Of a stretch of DNA of 64,000 nucleotides, positions 54,101 through 62,817 are shown one piece after another; the stretch's first letter is position 1, and each line of letters starts with the position of its first letter. Location: NCBI GenBank assembly GCA_951406725.2, contig OX597833.1, forward strand, positions 20,832,001 to 20,896,000. The letters run 5' to 3'. The position numbers and the translations under genes were made by a program. The notes beneath the pieces are model-generated. The model saw only the letters and a list, made by a program, of their open reading frames with translations, was not told the DNA's origin and made no database searches. Source of the DNA: Octopus vulgaris. Taxonomy: Eukaryota.

Positions 54101-56705
54101 ATTATTGAGTTAATAGTTATATTAATATTGTTCTAAGCAGATAATGCAACAATGGCCATAGCGAAAAGCAAAATGTGGCAAAAAGTGAAAGATAAAAAAA
54201 CCAGAGACAGCAAATAAATTTTCCTATTTGTTGTCACTTTTGAGTGTGTGTCTGTGTGTGTGTGTGAGACACACTGTAGCGTATTTCGAAAGAGAGTGAT
54301 GGAAATAATATTCTACAAGCTAACTACATATCCATCTTTATCATTTAATGTCTGCTTTACATGCTGACATGGGTTGGACGGTTTGACAAGGGCTGGCTAG
54401 GTAGAAGAGACTGCCCCAGACTTCGCTGCTTGTTTTGGCAGGATTTTTATGGCTGGATGCCCTTCCTAAAGCCGGATGGAGTGCTTTTTATGTAGCACCA
54501 ACTCTGGCATGACACTAGCACCAATGTGGAACCAGCACATAGATATATGTGTATATCCATAAACACATATATCTATTACATGGTTAGAATTTGAATGGGA
54601 AATATATTAAGAAAGTCAGTGTACAAAAAAGAAAATAAATAAAAGTAAATTAAAATCAAATTTTAAAAATGCATTACAATGTTATATATGAGTTTATTTG
54701 AAATAGTTGGGGAATGCTGTTGCCTTTCTTGCAAAAGTAAGAAAGGCTGTTCCTACAGCACTACAAGGCTGGTATAAATTGATATCCAGTAAATAATTAT
54801 AGAGCTTAAATTATTTTCTTAAATTATCTGTAATAAAAAAGAACTCAGCTAACAAATTTCCAAGAGCCACATATATTAACAGTCAGAGAGCTCCATGCGA
54901 CTTGCAAGCCATGGTTGGTGGGGTGCTGAAAAGTTCTTGGCTTTAAGGGTATCACGAAAGGTCTAGTTGGAGGCCCAACTTTCTAAGTTCTTTTACAGGT
55001 CTTACAAAAACTGAAGGACTGCTGCAATAAGTGTGTGAATCTGAGAGGGGAATATGCTGAATAAAATTATAATTAACTGATCTTCCTGTATTTTCTTTTA
55101 CCCAAGGCCAGGAACTTTTCAGCATCCCCTCGTATATGAACATCTATTATAAATAAGGGAGGTAATTCTTTCAAGAAGCTTCTTGCTATGAATAATACAT
55201 GAGGTTGTTATATCATAAAAACATACTGCGTCTCTTCCTCCTTCTCCTCCGCCTCCTCCTCTGTTGTGGCAAGACACCTGCCTCTGACCCTCTTTCTCTT
55301 TGTAATACTCTAACTTTTCATCCTCTGACACAAGTTCCCCTCCTCAAATGCCCCTACACCTCTTGTAATTCTTTGTCTTGCGAGTTACTTGGTTACCCTG
55401 CCAGTGCTGGTGCCACATTAAAAGCACCTAATCCACACTGTAAAGTGGTTGGCATTTAGAAGAGCAACCAGTAGTAAAAATCATGCCAAAACTAATCTCA
55501 CCTGTGCTAGTGCCACGTAAAAAGCACTAAGTCTTCTCTGCTGAGTGATTGGTGTTAGGAAGGGCATCCAGCCATAAAATCCCTGCCAAAACAGATACAG
55601 TAGCCTTGGGTAGTACTTCTACCTGACTGGCTCCTGCCAACCATCCTATCCATGCATGCATGGAGGATGGATGTTAAACGATGATGATGGTGATGATGAT
55701 GATTCAAACTGTTTTTTCATAACTTGTATTTTTTAGTCGTAACAAAATAATCTAATCAGTTCAAAACCAGGACAATTTGTCTTCTTTGTTTCTCTTACCT
55801 CATTGAAAATATCTTTCCAGCCCTTAATTAACTTCACTGTCTGTTTGTTGGTGTCCTCATAGTCAGTCAAGGAGAACGCAGCTCCAACACCCCACATTTC
55901 AATTTCTCGCATGGCATCCCGAATGATAATTTCTCCTTGGGCACGGCGGTTCAATTCCTATGAAAGATAGCAATAGGGTTGAAAATGTTCTACATGCATA
56001 ATATAGGAGGTAAATATTTCCTTTCTATATTTATATATATGAAAATAAAAACACAAAATTGTTTTCATCTGACAAATATTTTCACATATAACAGTTTTAC
56101 TGTAAAAATATCAGTGTATGTTTTCACAAGGTGAGTTTTACACAGACACCAAAAAAAAAAAAAAGAAAAGGAGAGAGAGAACCACATTGTACTAAAAAGT
56201 TGTATAGAAATTTTTTTGCATAAACAAAGTTTTTGTATGTAACCCAAAGAACATTTGCAGAAAGAAAATTACATTTTACTATATATATATATATATATAT
56301 CTATAAAGTGAATCCAAACATGAAAACACAAAGAGAAAACACGTGAGGACGTGGAACAAACAAGGATAGTATTATTGGATGCTCAGGAAAGGAGGGTTTA
56401 ATGTTTCGAGTGGAGCTCTTCGTCAGAAATATAGGAAAAGGAAAGATCCAAAGAAGGGAAGACGGAGGAAAAAAAAAAATCGCCAACGGTACACATGCGG
56501 TCACAGTAAATAAATGGAGTTGAATGCAGGTGTTATTCAAATTCTTTTACTTTCGACATATGTTTCGAAGACAACATTGATTTTATTCCAAAGGAATAAA
56601 CGGTGTAAAATAATGTAATCTTCTCATCAGGAAAGAAAGAGAACTTATCTCAACAACAAGACATTATAACAATTCTGATGACTGCATAAATGATAAACAG
56701 AACAC

Positions 56706-56752
<47 letters not shown>

Positions 56753-57257
56753 TTCTATTTCTCTCTTTCTTTCGTCCTCTCTTCTTTTGGTCTGTCTGTC
56801 TGTCTATATTTGTGTATATATTTCGCTTAGGCATTGTGAGACTAATAAACTGGTGTAGAACTCAATATATGTATGTTTTAGAACAAAGTGTTGGCTGAGT
56901 ACAGAGCAGTGATAAGAAAGAAAGATGACGAAGGAATAAATGATTATCTTATGCACTTCATTAGCTTACAGCTGTTTCTGCTATAAGATGGACTTGAGAC
57001 TTTTGCATCGTTGGTGTTGTTTTTTATATAGGCACAAATGTAATTCTTTTCCAAATAAAGTGCACTTCATATTCAAGGCCCCAGTGAAGCTATAAGGTGT
57101 TACTCAAACACTCAGATATGAGTGCACTGCATCTTATTGCAGAAACAGATGTAAGCTAATGAAATTCATAAGATAATAATTTATTTCCTCTTTTTCTTAA
57201 GTGTGTGTACACATGCATACACATATATATGCATGTGTGTGTGTATATATGCGTGTG

Positions 57258-57346
<89 letters not shown>

Positions 57347-60300
57347 GTATATATATATATATAATTGAAATTTACAGGAAAACGAAAGATGAAGACAGGT
57401 GTATAAACAACACGCTGGTGTATTAGTTTGGTGCTCTGGAAGGTGAGAAAGTCTTACACATATATATATATAATACCCAGAAACCTGGGTCTGTGTGTAT
57501 CACGTCTTTTGTCATTGCTTCAGTTTGACCTGAGCATTTGTGAGTAGAATTGAGCAGCAGAAATAAAAAGTGTTCAGAAACACACACAAGTGAGTATTTG
57601 ATGTCTTTAATGTTGCCCTCTTTTCACCTGACACTGTAATCTGGGGAAATATTAAAAAAAATTTTAATAATTGGCATTAGATAATTGAAACGAGATTATT
57701 TAGGTATTTAATCTAGTACTTAGGGTTGAAAAACATATCTACTCTATATTTCAATCAATTTGATTACAGATAGTCATGTGGTGTCTGTCATGTAAACTTA
57801 ATGTAAAATATTTTCCTCTGTTCAATATATGTTCAGTATAATGGACCGTACCAGTAAATCAATGCATCAGTCTTGTCAAAGATAGTGAGAAACTGGGGAT
57901 ATTTTTTGGAGTACAAGTATCTGTAAATATTCAATCATTTACACTACAAATTAACAAGCCCTGATTGGAAACAGTTTAGAGTTGGTGAGTACAGAGGGAA
58001 TCTGGTCATAGAAAATCTGCTGAAAGTTAAGTGCCAATACTCTTTACTCTTTTACTTGTTTCAGTCATGTGACTGTGGCCATGCTGGAGCACCGCCTTTA
58101 GTCGAGCAAATCAACCCCAGGACTTATTCTTTGGAAGCGTAGTACTTATTCTATGACTCTCTTTTGCCGACCTGCTAAGTTACGGGGACATAAACACACC
58201 ACCATTTGTTGTCAAGCGATGCTGGGGGGACAAACACAGACACACAAACACACACACACACATACATATATATATACATATATACAACAGGCTTCTTTCA
58301 GTTTCCGTCTACCAAATCCACTGACAAAGCTTTGGTCAGCCCGAGGCTATAGTAGAAGACACTTGCCCAAGGTACTACACAGTGGGAATGAACCCGGAAC
58401 CATGTGGTTGGTAAGCAAGCTACTTACCACACAGCCACTCCTGCGCCTATGTATAAAACTTCAAACTTTTTTCGGTCTGATGCAACAAGTGCCCAAGTGC
58501 CACAAACCCAATTGTCAGGATGCAGGATTTGAACAGAGTTATCTTCTTTTAGATGAATAACACAAGATCTGAAGAGCCTTGTCTGCCCTGGGTCTATTGG
58601 GGTGTTTATGATGATGACCTTTATCTGGAAGCTTTTTCTATAGGCTGGGCCTTCATAGAGGCTATATAACTCTGGCTCAGCTCTGGGAACAATTATAGCT
58701 AAGAGGTGGTTCCACACTCCTCAAAATCCTGGACTACCCAAACCAGAGCCCCACAACAGGGCACAGTTTAAAGGCATATGTGGGTTGCAGCTATATACTC
58801 TCACTTACCTAAAGTGAACATTTAAGTTCAAGGGTCCACATACATGCAAATGTAGGAGAAAAAATATAATGAAAACAAAACAGATTTGATTATAAAAACA
58901 AACAATTCTACTCACTTTTAATGTGTCTACATTTTTGATGATGCTTTCGCTGGAACCAAGAATCATGCCAAAAGTAAGTTTTTCTGGTTTGGTGTTTGGT
59001 GGTAATTGAAGCAATGAGTTTATCTCTACCCAATGACTGGCAGTGAACTGGTCCCCTCTGACCCATTTCAGTATAGGCAAAACATTCTGGAAAAGTTAAA
59101 GCAAGAAATCAAAGACATAATTTCCACCAACTGACAAAGAAAGCCATTAATTTTTTTTTAACCCTTTTGTTACTGTATTTATTTTGAGATCCTCTGTTTT
59201 TCTTTCAGTTACTTTAATTATAACAAAGAATTTAGTAAAATAACTTAGTTATCATTAAGCTAGTGTTAGGAACATAAATTGTGACTAAGGTTTGGTGGAA
59301 GATTTTAATTCAAAACTTATGAAAACAAGACATTTGTTTTCAGAGCAAGAGCTGGTTTCAGCCGCGGTGGTAACGAAAGGGTTAAGAAGACCTAGATTCA
59401 GTGATACAAACAGAAAACAGAACTCAAAACATGAGTTTATAAACATTTTTAGAATGGTGGGTCAAGGAAGGAGATAAATAATAGCTTCTATAATATGGCT
59501 ATAGTGACCTGAAACTTTGTCTGGGACAAAAGTGTATTAAAAAAAATTTTTTTAAACCCAAAAAAAACGCCCCCCCCAAAAAAAAACCTTGTACCACTTG
59601 CTTGCGATTTTTCATTCTTTGATACACAACAGCAGACAAAAATCAGCCATCTTTGTCATTGTAATCTTTTAATGTTTCATTCCTTTACTTGCCTCAAAGG
59701 GTTTTAGTCTAAGAAATCGACCCCAAAACTTATTCTTTGTAAGCCTAGTACTTATTCTATTGGCCCCTTTTGCTGAACTGCTAAGTTATGAGGATGGAAA
59801 CACACCAGCATTGATTGTCAAATGATAGCAGGGAAACAAACACAGACAAACACAGACAAACACATAAATATATACATACATACATATATATATATACATA
59901 TGATGGGCTTCTTTCAGTTTCTGTCTAACAAATCCACTCACAAGGCTTTGGTTGACCTAAGGCTAGAATAGAGGAAACTTGCCCCAGGTGCCATGCAGTG
60001 GAACTGAACCTGGAACCATGTGGTTGGGAAGCAAGCTTCTTACCACAAAGCCACACCTGCACCTATTATATGAGTACACTTATTTTGTTTTTCTCTTTCT
60101 TTCTGCAGGATCTTTATCCTCAAATGCCTTTTCTATGACCAAATGATTTACAGCATGAGCACAGAGCATATTAGGGAACTAGAGAGATTTATTTCTAACA
60201 GGATTTATATGGATCAAGACAGCTTGCATAAGGATGAAGACAGTTGCATCAAAAAGTGCAGATCTCTAATTGTGGAGGTAATATGTGTAAGGGGTAGACC

Positions 60301-61721
60301 CAGGATATTGTGGGATGAAGTGGTGAGAAAGGATTTTCAGTTGTGGGGCCTCACAGAGGTGACGACAAAGGACTGAAACGTCTGGGGGTTTGCTGTGCTT
60401 GGGAAGTTAAGTAAAATCATAGTTGTCCTTGCATACAGGCATGTCCCCTGCACCCTTCTTCAGCTGGTGGAGGCACATGACCTAGTGGTTAGAGCAGCAG
60501 ACTCGCAGTCGAGGGATCGCAGGTTCGAATCTCAGATCGGGTGATGTGTGTGTTATGAGCGAAACACCTAAGATCCACGCGGCTCTGGCAGAGGGTAATG
60601 GCGAACTTCTGCTGACTCTTTTGCCACAACTTTCTCTCACTCTTTACTCCTGTATCTTGCAGTTCACCTGCGACGGACCGGCATCCTGTCCAGGTGGTGA
60701 ACCTATATGCTAAGGAAACCATGAAACTGGCGCTTATGGGCCAGGCATGGCTTGGGAAGGAACAACAAAAAAACATCCTTCTTCAGCTGAGCGATACTAA
60801 TCTTGTAGACTCATAGGTGCTGGTGCCACATAAAAAGCACCCATGTTGGTGTCATGAGAAGGCACTCATACTGATGCTGTGAAAAAGCATCTAGTACACA
60901 CTGTAAAGTGGTTGGTGTTAGGAAGGGCATCCAGGTGTAAAAACCATGCCAAAATGGACATGGAGCCCAGGCAGCTCTTCAGTTAGCTAGCCCCTATTGT
61001 TGTTGTTGTTGTTAAGCAACAAGATGGGTAAGGGTGATTAGGTGATGGTCTAGGGCTTAGGGGCCGGAGACCCCAGAACTTGGAAGAAAAACAAAAAACT
61101 TTGGTAGTCTTGTTGTAGTCGAGGGCTCTTCGTTGACACCTGACACCACTAGGAGGTGGCCCTCGAAGTCGCCGGAAATGGAGATCTCCAGGTCCAAATT
61201 CTTGAACGGCAGCTAGCTCCTATCAAAAAGTCCAGCCCATACCAGTATGGAAAATGGATATTAAATTATGACGATGGTGATGACTATAAAGAGTTGACCC
61301 AAAGTCATATCCATGAAACACTAGCAGAGATAGAATCAGAGATAAATAATATTAAAACCTAATATCATTCTATGGTGTTTATAGTTAGTAAGCAGCATTA
61401 CAAGGTCTGCCGGTGTCCATAACCTACAAACACCTTATGTTACAGATAGCATCACTTACAGTTTTATATAGATGTACATATATGTGTATGTGTGGGTGTG
61501 CGTGTAAGAGTATGTATTTGTGTATATATGTATATATTTATAGATGTGTGTATAAATATATATATGCATACACACACATAGATATGCATATATACGTACA
61601 CACACATATATACATATATATATGTGCACACACATATATATAATACACACATATATATATGTACACACACACACATGTATATATACATACATATACACAT
61701 ACACATATATAAATATATATA

Positions 61722-61773
<52 letters not shown>

Positions 61774-62817
61774 TATATTATATTATTTTATATTACATTG
61801 AATTATGTGTGTGTGTGTATACATACATACACACACATAATTTAACTGCTGTTATGATAAATACCTCCAGCAATTTTCCAAAAGACAGAAGAAGCAATAT
61901 TAGATAAAATGAAGAATATATACATCATATATATATATATCATCCTCAACAACATCATCATCATTTAACGTCCTCCTAAAATGCCGGCATGGGTTGAACA
62001 GTTTGACAAGTGATGGCAAGTTAGAAGAATCTGTGCCAAGCTCTACTGACTGCTTTGACAAGGCTTCTACCACCGGGTATTCTTCTTAATGCCAGCCATT
62101 TTACAGAGTGTACTGGATGCTTCTTACATGGCACCAGCAATAGTGAGGTCACCATGTAACTTGGGAGACAAGATCCCATGAGTGAAGGGGAGAGTGGCTT
62201 TGTGCCAGGTGATAAGAAGTTAGGGGATGAATAAAGGGGGAGATATAGGTGTCTTGCAGTAGAGGAGATACAAGGGTTCCTCAGTTGGAGAGGGAGGGGG
62301 AGAGAGAGGAGAAAGAGAAGAGAGAGAGGGGGAGAGAAAGGGAGAGGGGGAGAAAGAGAGGGGGGAAGAGAGAGAGGGAGAGAGAAGAGAAAGAGAACAG
62401 AGGGAGGAGACAGAGGGAGAGAGAAGAGAAAGAGAAAAGAGGGAGGAGAGAGAGGGAGAGAGAGGAGAAAGAGAAGAGAGAGGGAGAGGGAGGAGAGAGA
62501 GGAGAGGGAGGAGAGAGAGAGGAGAGGGAGAGAGAAACAGACAGACAGATAAATGTGAGCCTGTGTGTATATACATATATATGTATATATACACACACAC
62601 ACACATACATATATATATTTGTATGTATAATAGACACACACACACTCTAGAAAGCCAGAAAGCCAGCATCACGATAAATGATTTTTTTTACTAAAAGAAA
62701 CTTACTCTGTATCTGTCGATGTCATTTACCAAACGTGCAATCAAAGTATTGACTGTCAAAGTTTGCAACTTCTCAAACCATTTGTTGATAAATTCTTCAA
62801 AGGAATGCAGTTTCTTT
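5162..62817 (-). CDS. DYNC2H1: Cytoplasmic dynein-2 heavy chain 1, internal part (12 exons, ~690 aa; tail/linker to AAA1); gene continues beyond both window ends
   Basis: Exons 62706-62817, 58916-59086, 55799-55957, 40000-40223, 36591-36723, 29115-29345, 20601-20714, 16551-16810, 13590-13729, 9487-9605, 8074-8256 and 5162-5385 all have GT/AG ends and join without frameshift or stop. Motifs [57 protein letters not shown] and [23 protein letters not shown] match dynein-2 (as recalled) better than dynein-1 or axonemal dyneins. Confidence 0.96.
6455..6945 (-). mobile_element. tRNA-headed SINE family E hosting a MITE
   Basis: Minus-strand head GGCACAATGGCTTAGTGGTTAGAG and CORE-like CTTGAGTAAGACACT; the sequence is continuous once 6537-6691 is removed. 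Confidence 0.65.
6537..6691. mobile_element. 155-bp MITE, probably hAT superfamily
   Basis: TIRs CACTAGTGTAGCTAG / CTAGCTATGCTAGTG; perfect 8-bp TSD TGTGCAAG (6529-6536, 6692-6699). Confidence 0.85.
6951..7780. repeat. Tandem duplication, period ~323 bp (two near-identical units plus a diverged third)
   Basis: CTCATTTACATTTCACCT...GCTAGCTG starts at 6951 and 7274; diverged copy from ~7628. Confidence 0.9.
8074..8256 (-). CDS. DYNC2H1: DYNC2H1 exon K (183 nt; AAA1 Walker [31 protein letters not shown]...LLGKN)
   Basis: Within ORF 7777..8379; cag acceptor, gtaaga donor. Confidence 0.97.
9487..9605 (-). CDS. DYNC2H1: DYNC2H1 exon J (119 nt; AAA1 Walker [41 protein letters not shown])
   Basis: Overlaps ORF 9415..9603; tag acceptor, gtaggg donor; phase 1 to 0. 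Confidence 0.97.
9734..10041 (-). mobile_element. Full-length SINE family C variant with perfect 14-bp TSD
   Basis: TSD TACATGAAAGTCTT (9720-9733, 10042-10055); tRNA-like head with B box GGTTCGAATC; (CAA)n-like tail. Confidence 0.88.
11172..11485 (+). mobile_element. Orphan RTE-LINE 3' tail (representative of ~20 copies, e.g. 12717-12950, 24510-24760, 27215-27490, 29740-30210, 33098-33410, 33613-33960, 36335-36541, 39636-39908, 44808-45081, 50597-50989, 55400-55702)
   Basis: GGTTGGCGTTAGGAAGGGCATCC...GGACGTTAAAC(GAT)n. The same tail sequence follows the RT fragments at ~17690-17780 (partial) and 34620-35100. Confidence 0.85.
13590..13729 (-). CDS. DYNC2H1: DYNC2H1 exon I (140 nt; [46 protein letters not shown])
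   Basis: Hand-translated; not in the ORF track. Conserved dynein motifs YxFEYxG and LVxTPLTDxCY; cag acceptor, gtaact donor; phase 2 to 1. Confidence 0.95.
13953..14501 (+). mobile_element. Mariner deletion derivative with a fused N-/C-terminal transposase ORF (14115-14426)
   Basis: Same TIRs as 1553-1781; mariner motif [14 protein letters not shown]. Confidence 0.9.
16100..16497 (-). mobile_element. Full-length SINE family A (CORE-like); other near-full copies at 18770-19217(-), 19903-20320(-), 22602-23022(+), 32491-32830(+), 36931-37315(+), 38705-39152(+), 41356-41841(+), 43371-43760(+), 48046-48443(-), 52049-52465(+), 58038-58449(-), 59700-60065(-)
   Basis: A box TGGCTGTGTGG, B box GGTTCAGTCC, CORE-like CTTGGGCAAGT, internal (TA)/(TG) microsatellite, (GTAAAAGA)n tail. 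Confidence 0.9.
16551..16810 (-). CDS. DYNC2H1: DYNC2H1 exon H (260 nt; [15 protein letters not shown]...[11 protein letters not shown]...DWHWQKQLR)
   Basis: Within ORF 16547..16939; cag acceptor, gtgaaa donor; phase 0 to 2. Confidence 0.95.
16890..17782 (+). mobile_element. RTE-clade LINE, 3' part of ORF2 plus 3' UTR (degenerate)
   Basis: ORF 16862..17542: [46 protein letters not shown]. Confidence 0.92.
19423..20385 (+). mobile_element. Non-autonomous Helitron (contains SINE A at 19903-20320)
   Basis: 5' A|TCTATATCTATAAAA-like end; 3' hairpin CCCAGTCAACGACGGG followed by TATTTTTGTTAG (degenerate CTAG). Confidence 0.6.
20601..20714 (-). CDS. DYNC2H1: DYNC2H1 exon G (114 nt; [21 protein letters not shown]...NFPSQ)
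   Basis: Within ORF 20529..20744; cag acceptor, gtaatc donor. Confidence 0.93.
21283..22172 (-). mobile_element. RLE-type non-LTR retrotransposon C-terminal fragment (R4/Dong-like), frameshifted
   Basis: ORFs 21821..22240 and 21252..21863: [15 protein letters not shown] knuckle [28 protein letters not shown]...IEMTVP...KLSKY. Confidence 0.9.
24195..24423. mobile_element. TTAA-bounded MITE family A (piggyBac-like); other copies at 28818-29046, 39470-39976, 59158-59385
   Basis: Family TIR CCCTTTCGTTAC...GTAACGAAAGGG flanked by TTAA (left end degenerate in this copy); ~228-bp shared body. Confidence 0.82.
25266..26158 (-). mobile_element. Tc1/mariner superfamily DD37D (maT-like) element, internally deleted pseudo-transposase
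   Basis: Hand translation [45 protein letters not shown] has 37 residues between the 2nd and 3rd Asp; TA-CAG...CTG-TA termini with degenerate TIRs. Confidence 0.88.
27925..28449 (+). mobile_element. Mariner deletion derivative carrying the N-terminal HTH region
   Basis: Same TIRs as 1553 and 13953; hand translation [30 protein letters not shown]...[16 protein letters not shown]. Confidence 0.87.
29115..29345 (-). CDS. DYNC2H1: DYNC2H1 exon F (231 nt; [24 protein letters not shown]...ITTDVE)
   Basis: Within ORF 29043..29534; cag acceptor, gtttgt donor; dynein linker motif FPRFYF. Confidence 0.96.
34620..36165 (-). mobile_element. RTE-clade LINE, RT region to 3' tail (degenerate)
   Basis: [21 protein letters not shown] (YADD at ~36019-36030), FHYLGDQV, then the 3' UTR ending in (GAT)n. 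Confidence 0.92.
36591..36723 (-). CDS. DYNC2H1: DYNC2H1 exon E (133 nt; [15 protein letters not shown]...[15 protein letters not shown])
   Basis: Within ORF 36438..36740; cag acceptor, weak GAG|gttttt donor; phase 2 to 0 fits both neighbours. Confidence 0.93.
40000..40223 (-). CDS. DYNC2H1: DYNC2H1 exon D (224 nt; [17 protein letters not shown]...[28 protein letters not shown])
   Basis: Within ORF 39996..40259; cag acceptor, gtaagt donor; phase 0 to 2. Confidence 0.96.
42415..43040 (+). repeat. ~625-bp polypurine low-complexity tract; a similar tract lies at 62288-62540
   Basis: Almost exclusively G/A; source of spurious Pro/Leu/Ser ORFs. Confidence 0.95.
43869..46454 (+). mobile_element. 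Helitron (non-autonomous, ~2.6 kb) retaining the C-terminus of the Pif1-like helicase
   Basis: A|TC 5' end; 3' hairpin region CTGGGTAACGCTGGG then CTAG|T. Helicase motifs [49 protein letters not shown] at ~45797-46261. Confidence 0.9.
46840..47230 (+). mobile_element. Degenerate 3' end of an RLE-type LINE (Hero/NeSL-like)
   Basis: Two frames give ADLIMR...MVELTIAWE and [21 protein letters not shown], resembling PD..ELTVPWE...PVEVGCRGF as recalled. Confidence 0.6.
48392..48876. repeat. Near-perfect palindrome: 232-bp arms, 21-bp spacer
   Basis: 48392-48623 is the reverse complement of 48645-48876 with about 4 mismatches by eye. Confidence 0.93.
49358..51035 (+). mobile_element. Helitron 5' portion with decayed RepHel N-terminus, interrupted by an RTE tail at 50597-50989
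   Basis: [33 protein letters not shown] (RepHel N-terminal Cys cluster) resumes as [13 protein letters not shown] after the insertion; the 5' region has an internal ~240-bp duplication. Confidence 0.7.
51440..53212 (-). pseudogene. Decayed hAT (Charlie/SPIN/Buster-type) transposase; likely element end near 54885-54920
   Basis: BED-like finger CLVC...[26 protein letters not shown]-terminal [15 protein letters not shown]; frameshifts, stops and a SINE insertion at 52049-52465. Confidence 0.82.
54920..55134 (+). mobile_element. Short mariner-type derivative (second TIR family)
   Basis: GGGTGCTGAAAAGTTCTTGGC...GCCAGGAACTTTTCAGCATCCCCTCGTA; encodes a [13 protein letters not shown] terminus. Confidence 0.75.
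55799..55957 (-). CDS. DYNC2H1: DYNC2H1 exon C (159 nt; [23 protein letters not shown]...WKDIFNE)
   Basis: Overlaps ORF 55733..55954; tag acceptor, gtaaga donor. Confidence 0.94.
56550..56635 (-). ncRNA. Minimal type I hammerhead ribozyme motif (Penelope-like-element type)
   Basis: Minus strand reads CUUUC-CUGAUGA-[GAAGA...UCUUC]-GAAA-C-AUAU-G-UC-GAAAG. All core nucleotides are present, with a 5-bp stem I, an extended stem II, and a minimal stem III with a palindromic loop. Confidence 0.75.
58916..59086 (-). CDS. DYNC2H1: DYNC2H1 exon B (171 nt; [19 protein letters not shown]...KNVDTLK)
   Basis: Overlaps ORF 58805..59080; cag acceptor, gtgagt donor; phase 0 to 0. Confidence 0.93.
60467..60776 (+). 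mobile_element. SINE family C variant inserted into a decayed RTE 3' end (~60200-61285)
   Basis: 13-bp TSD CCTTCTTCAGCTG (60454-60466, 60777-60789); homologous to 9734-10041. Confidence 0.85.
62706..62817 (-). CDS. DYNC2H1: DYNC2H1 exon A (112 nt; [37 protein letters not shown])
   Basis: Hand-translated; not in the ORF track. Acceptor cag (62820-62818), donor gtaagt; phase 2 to 0. Confidence 0.88.
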
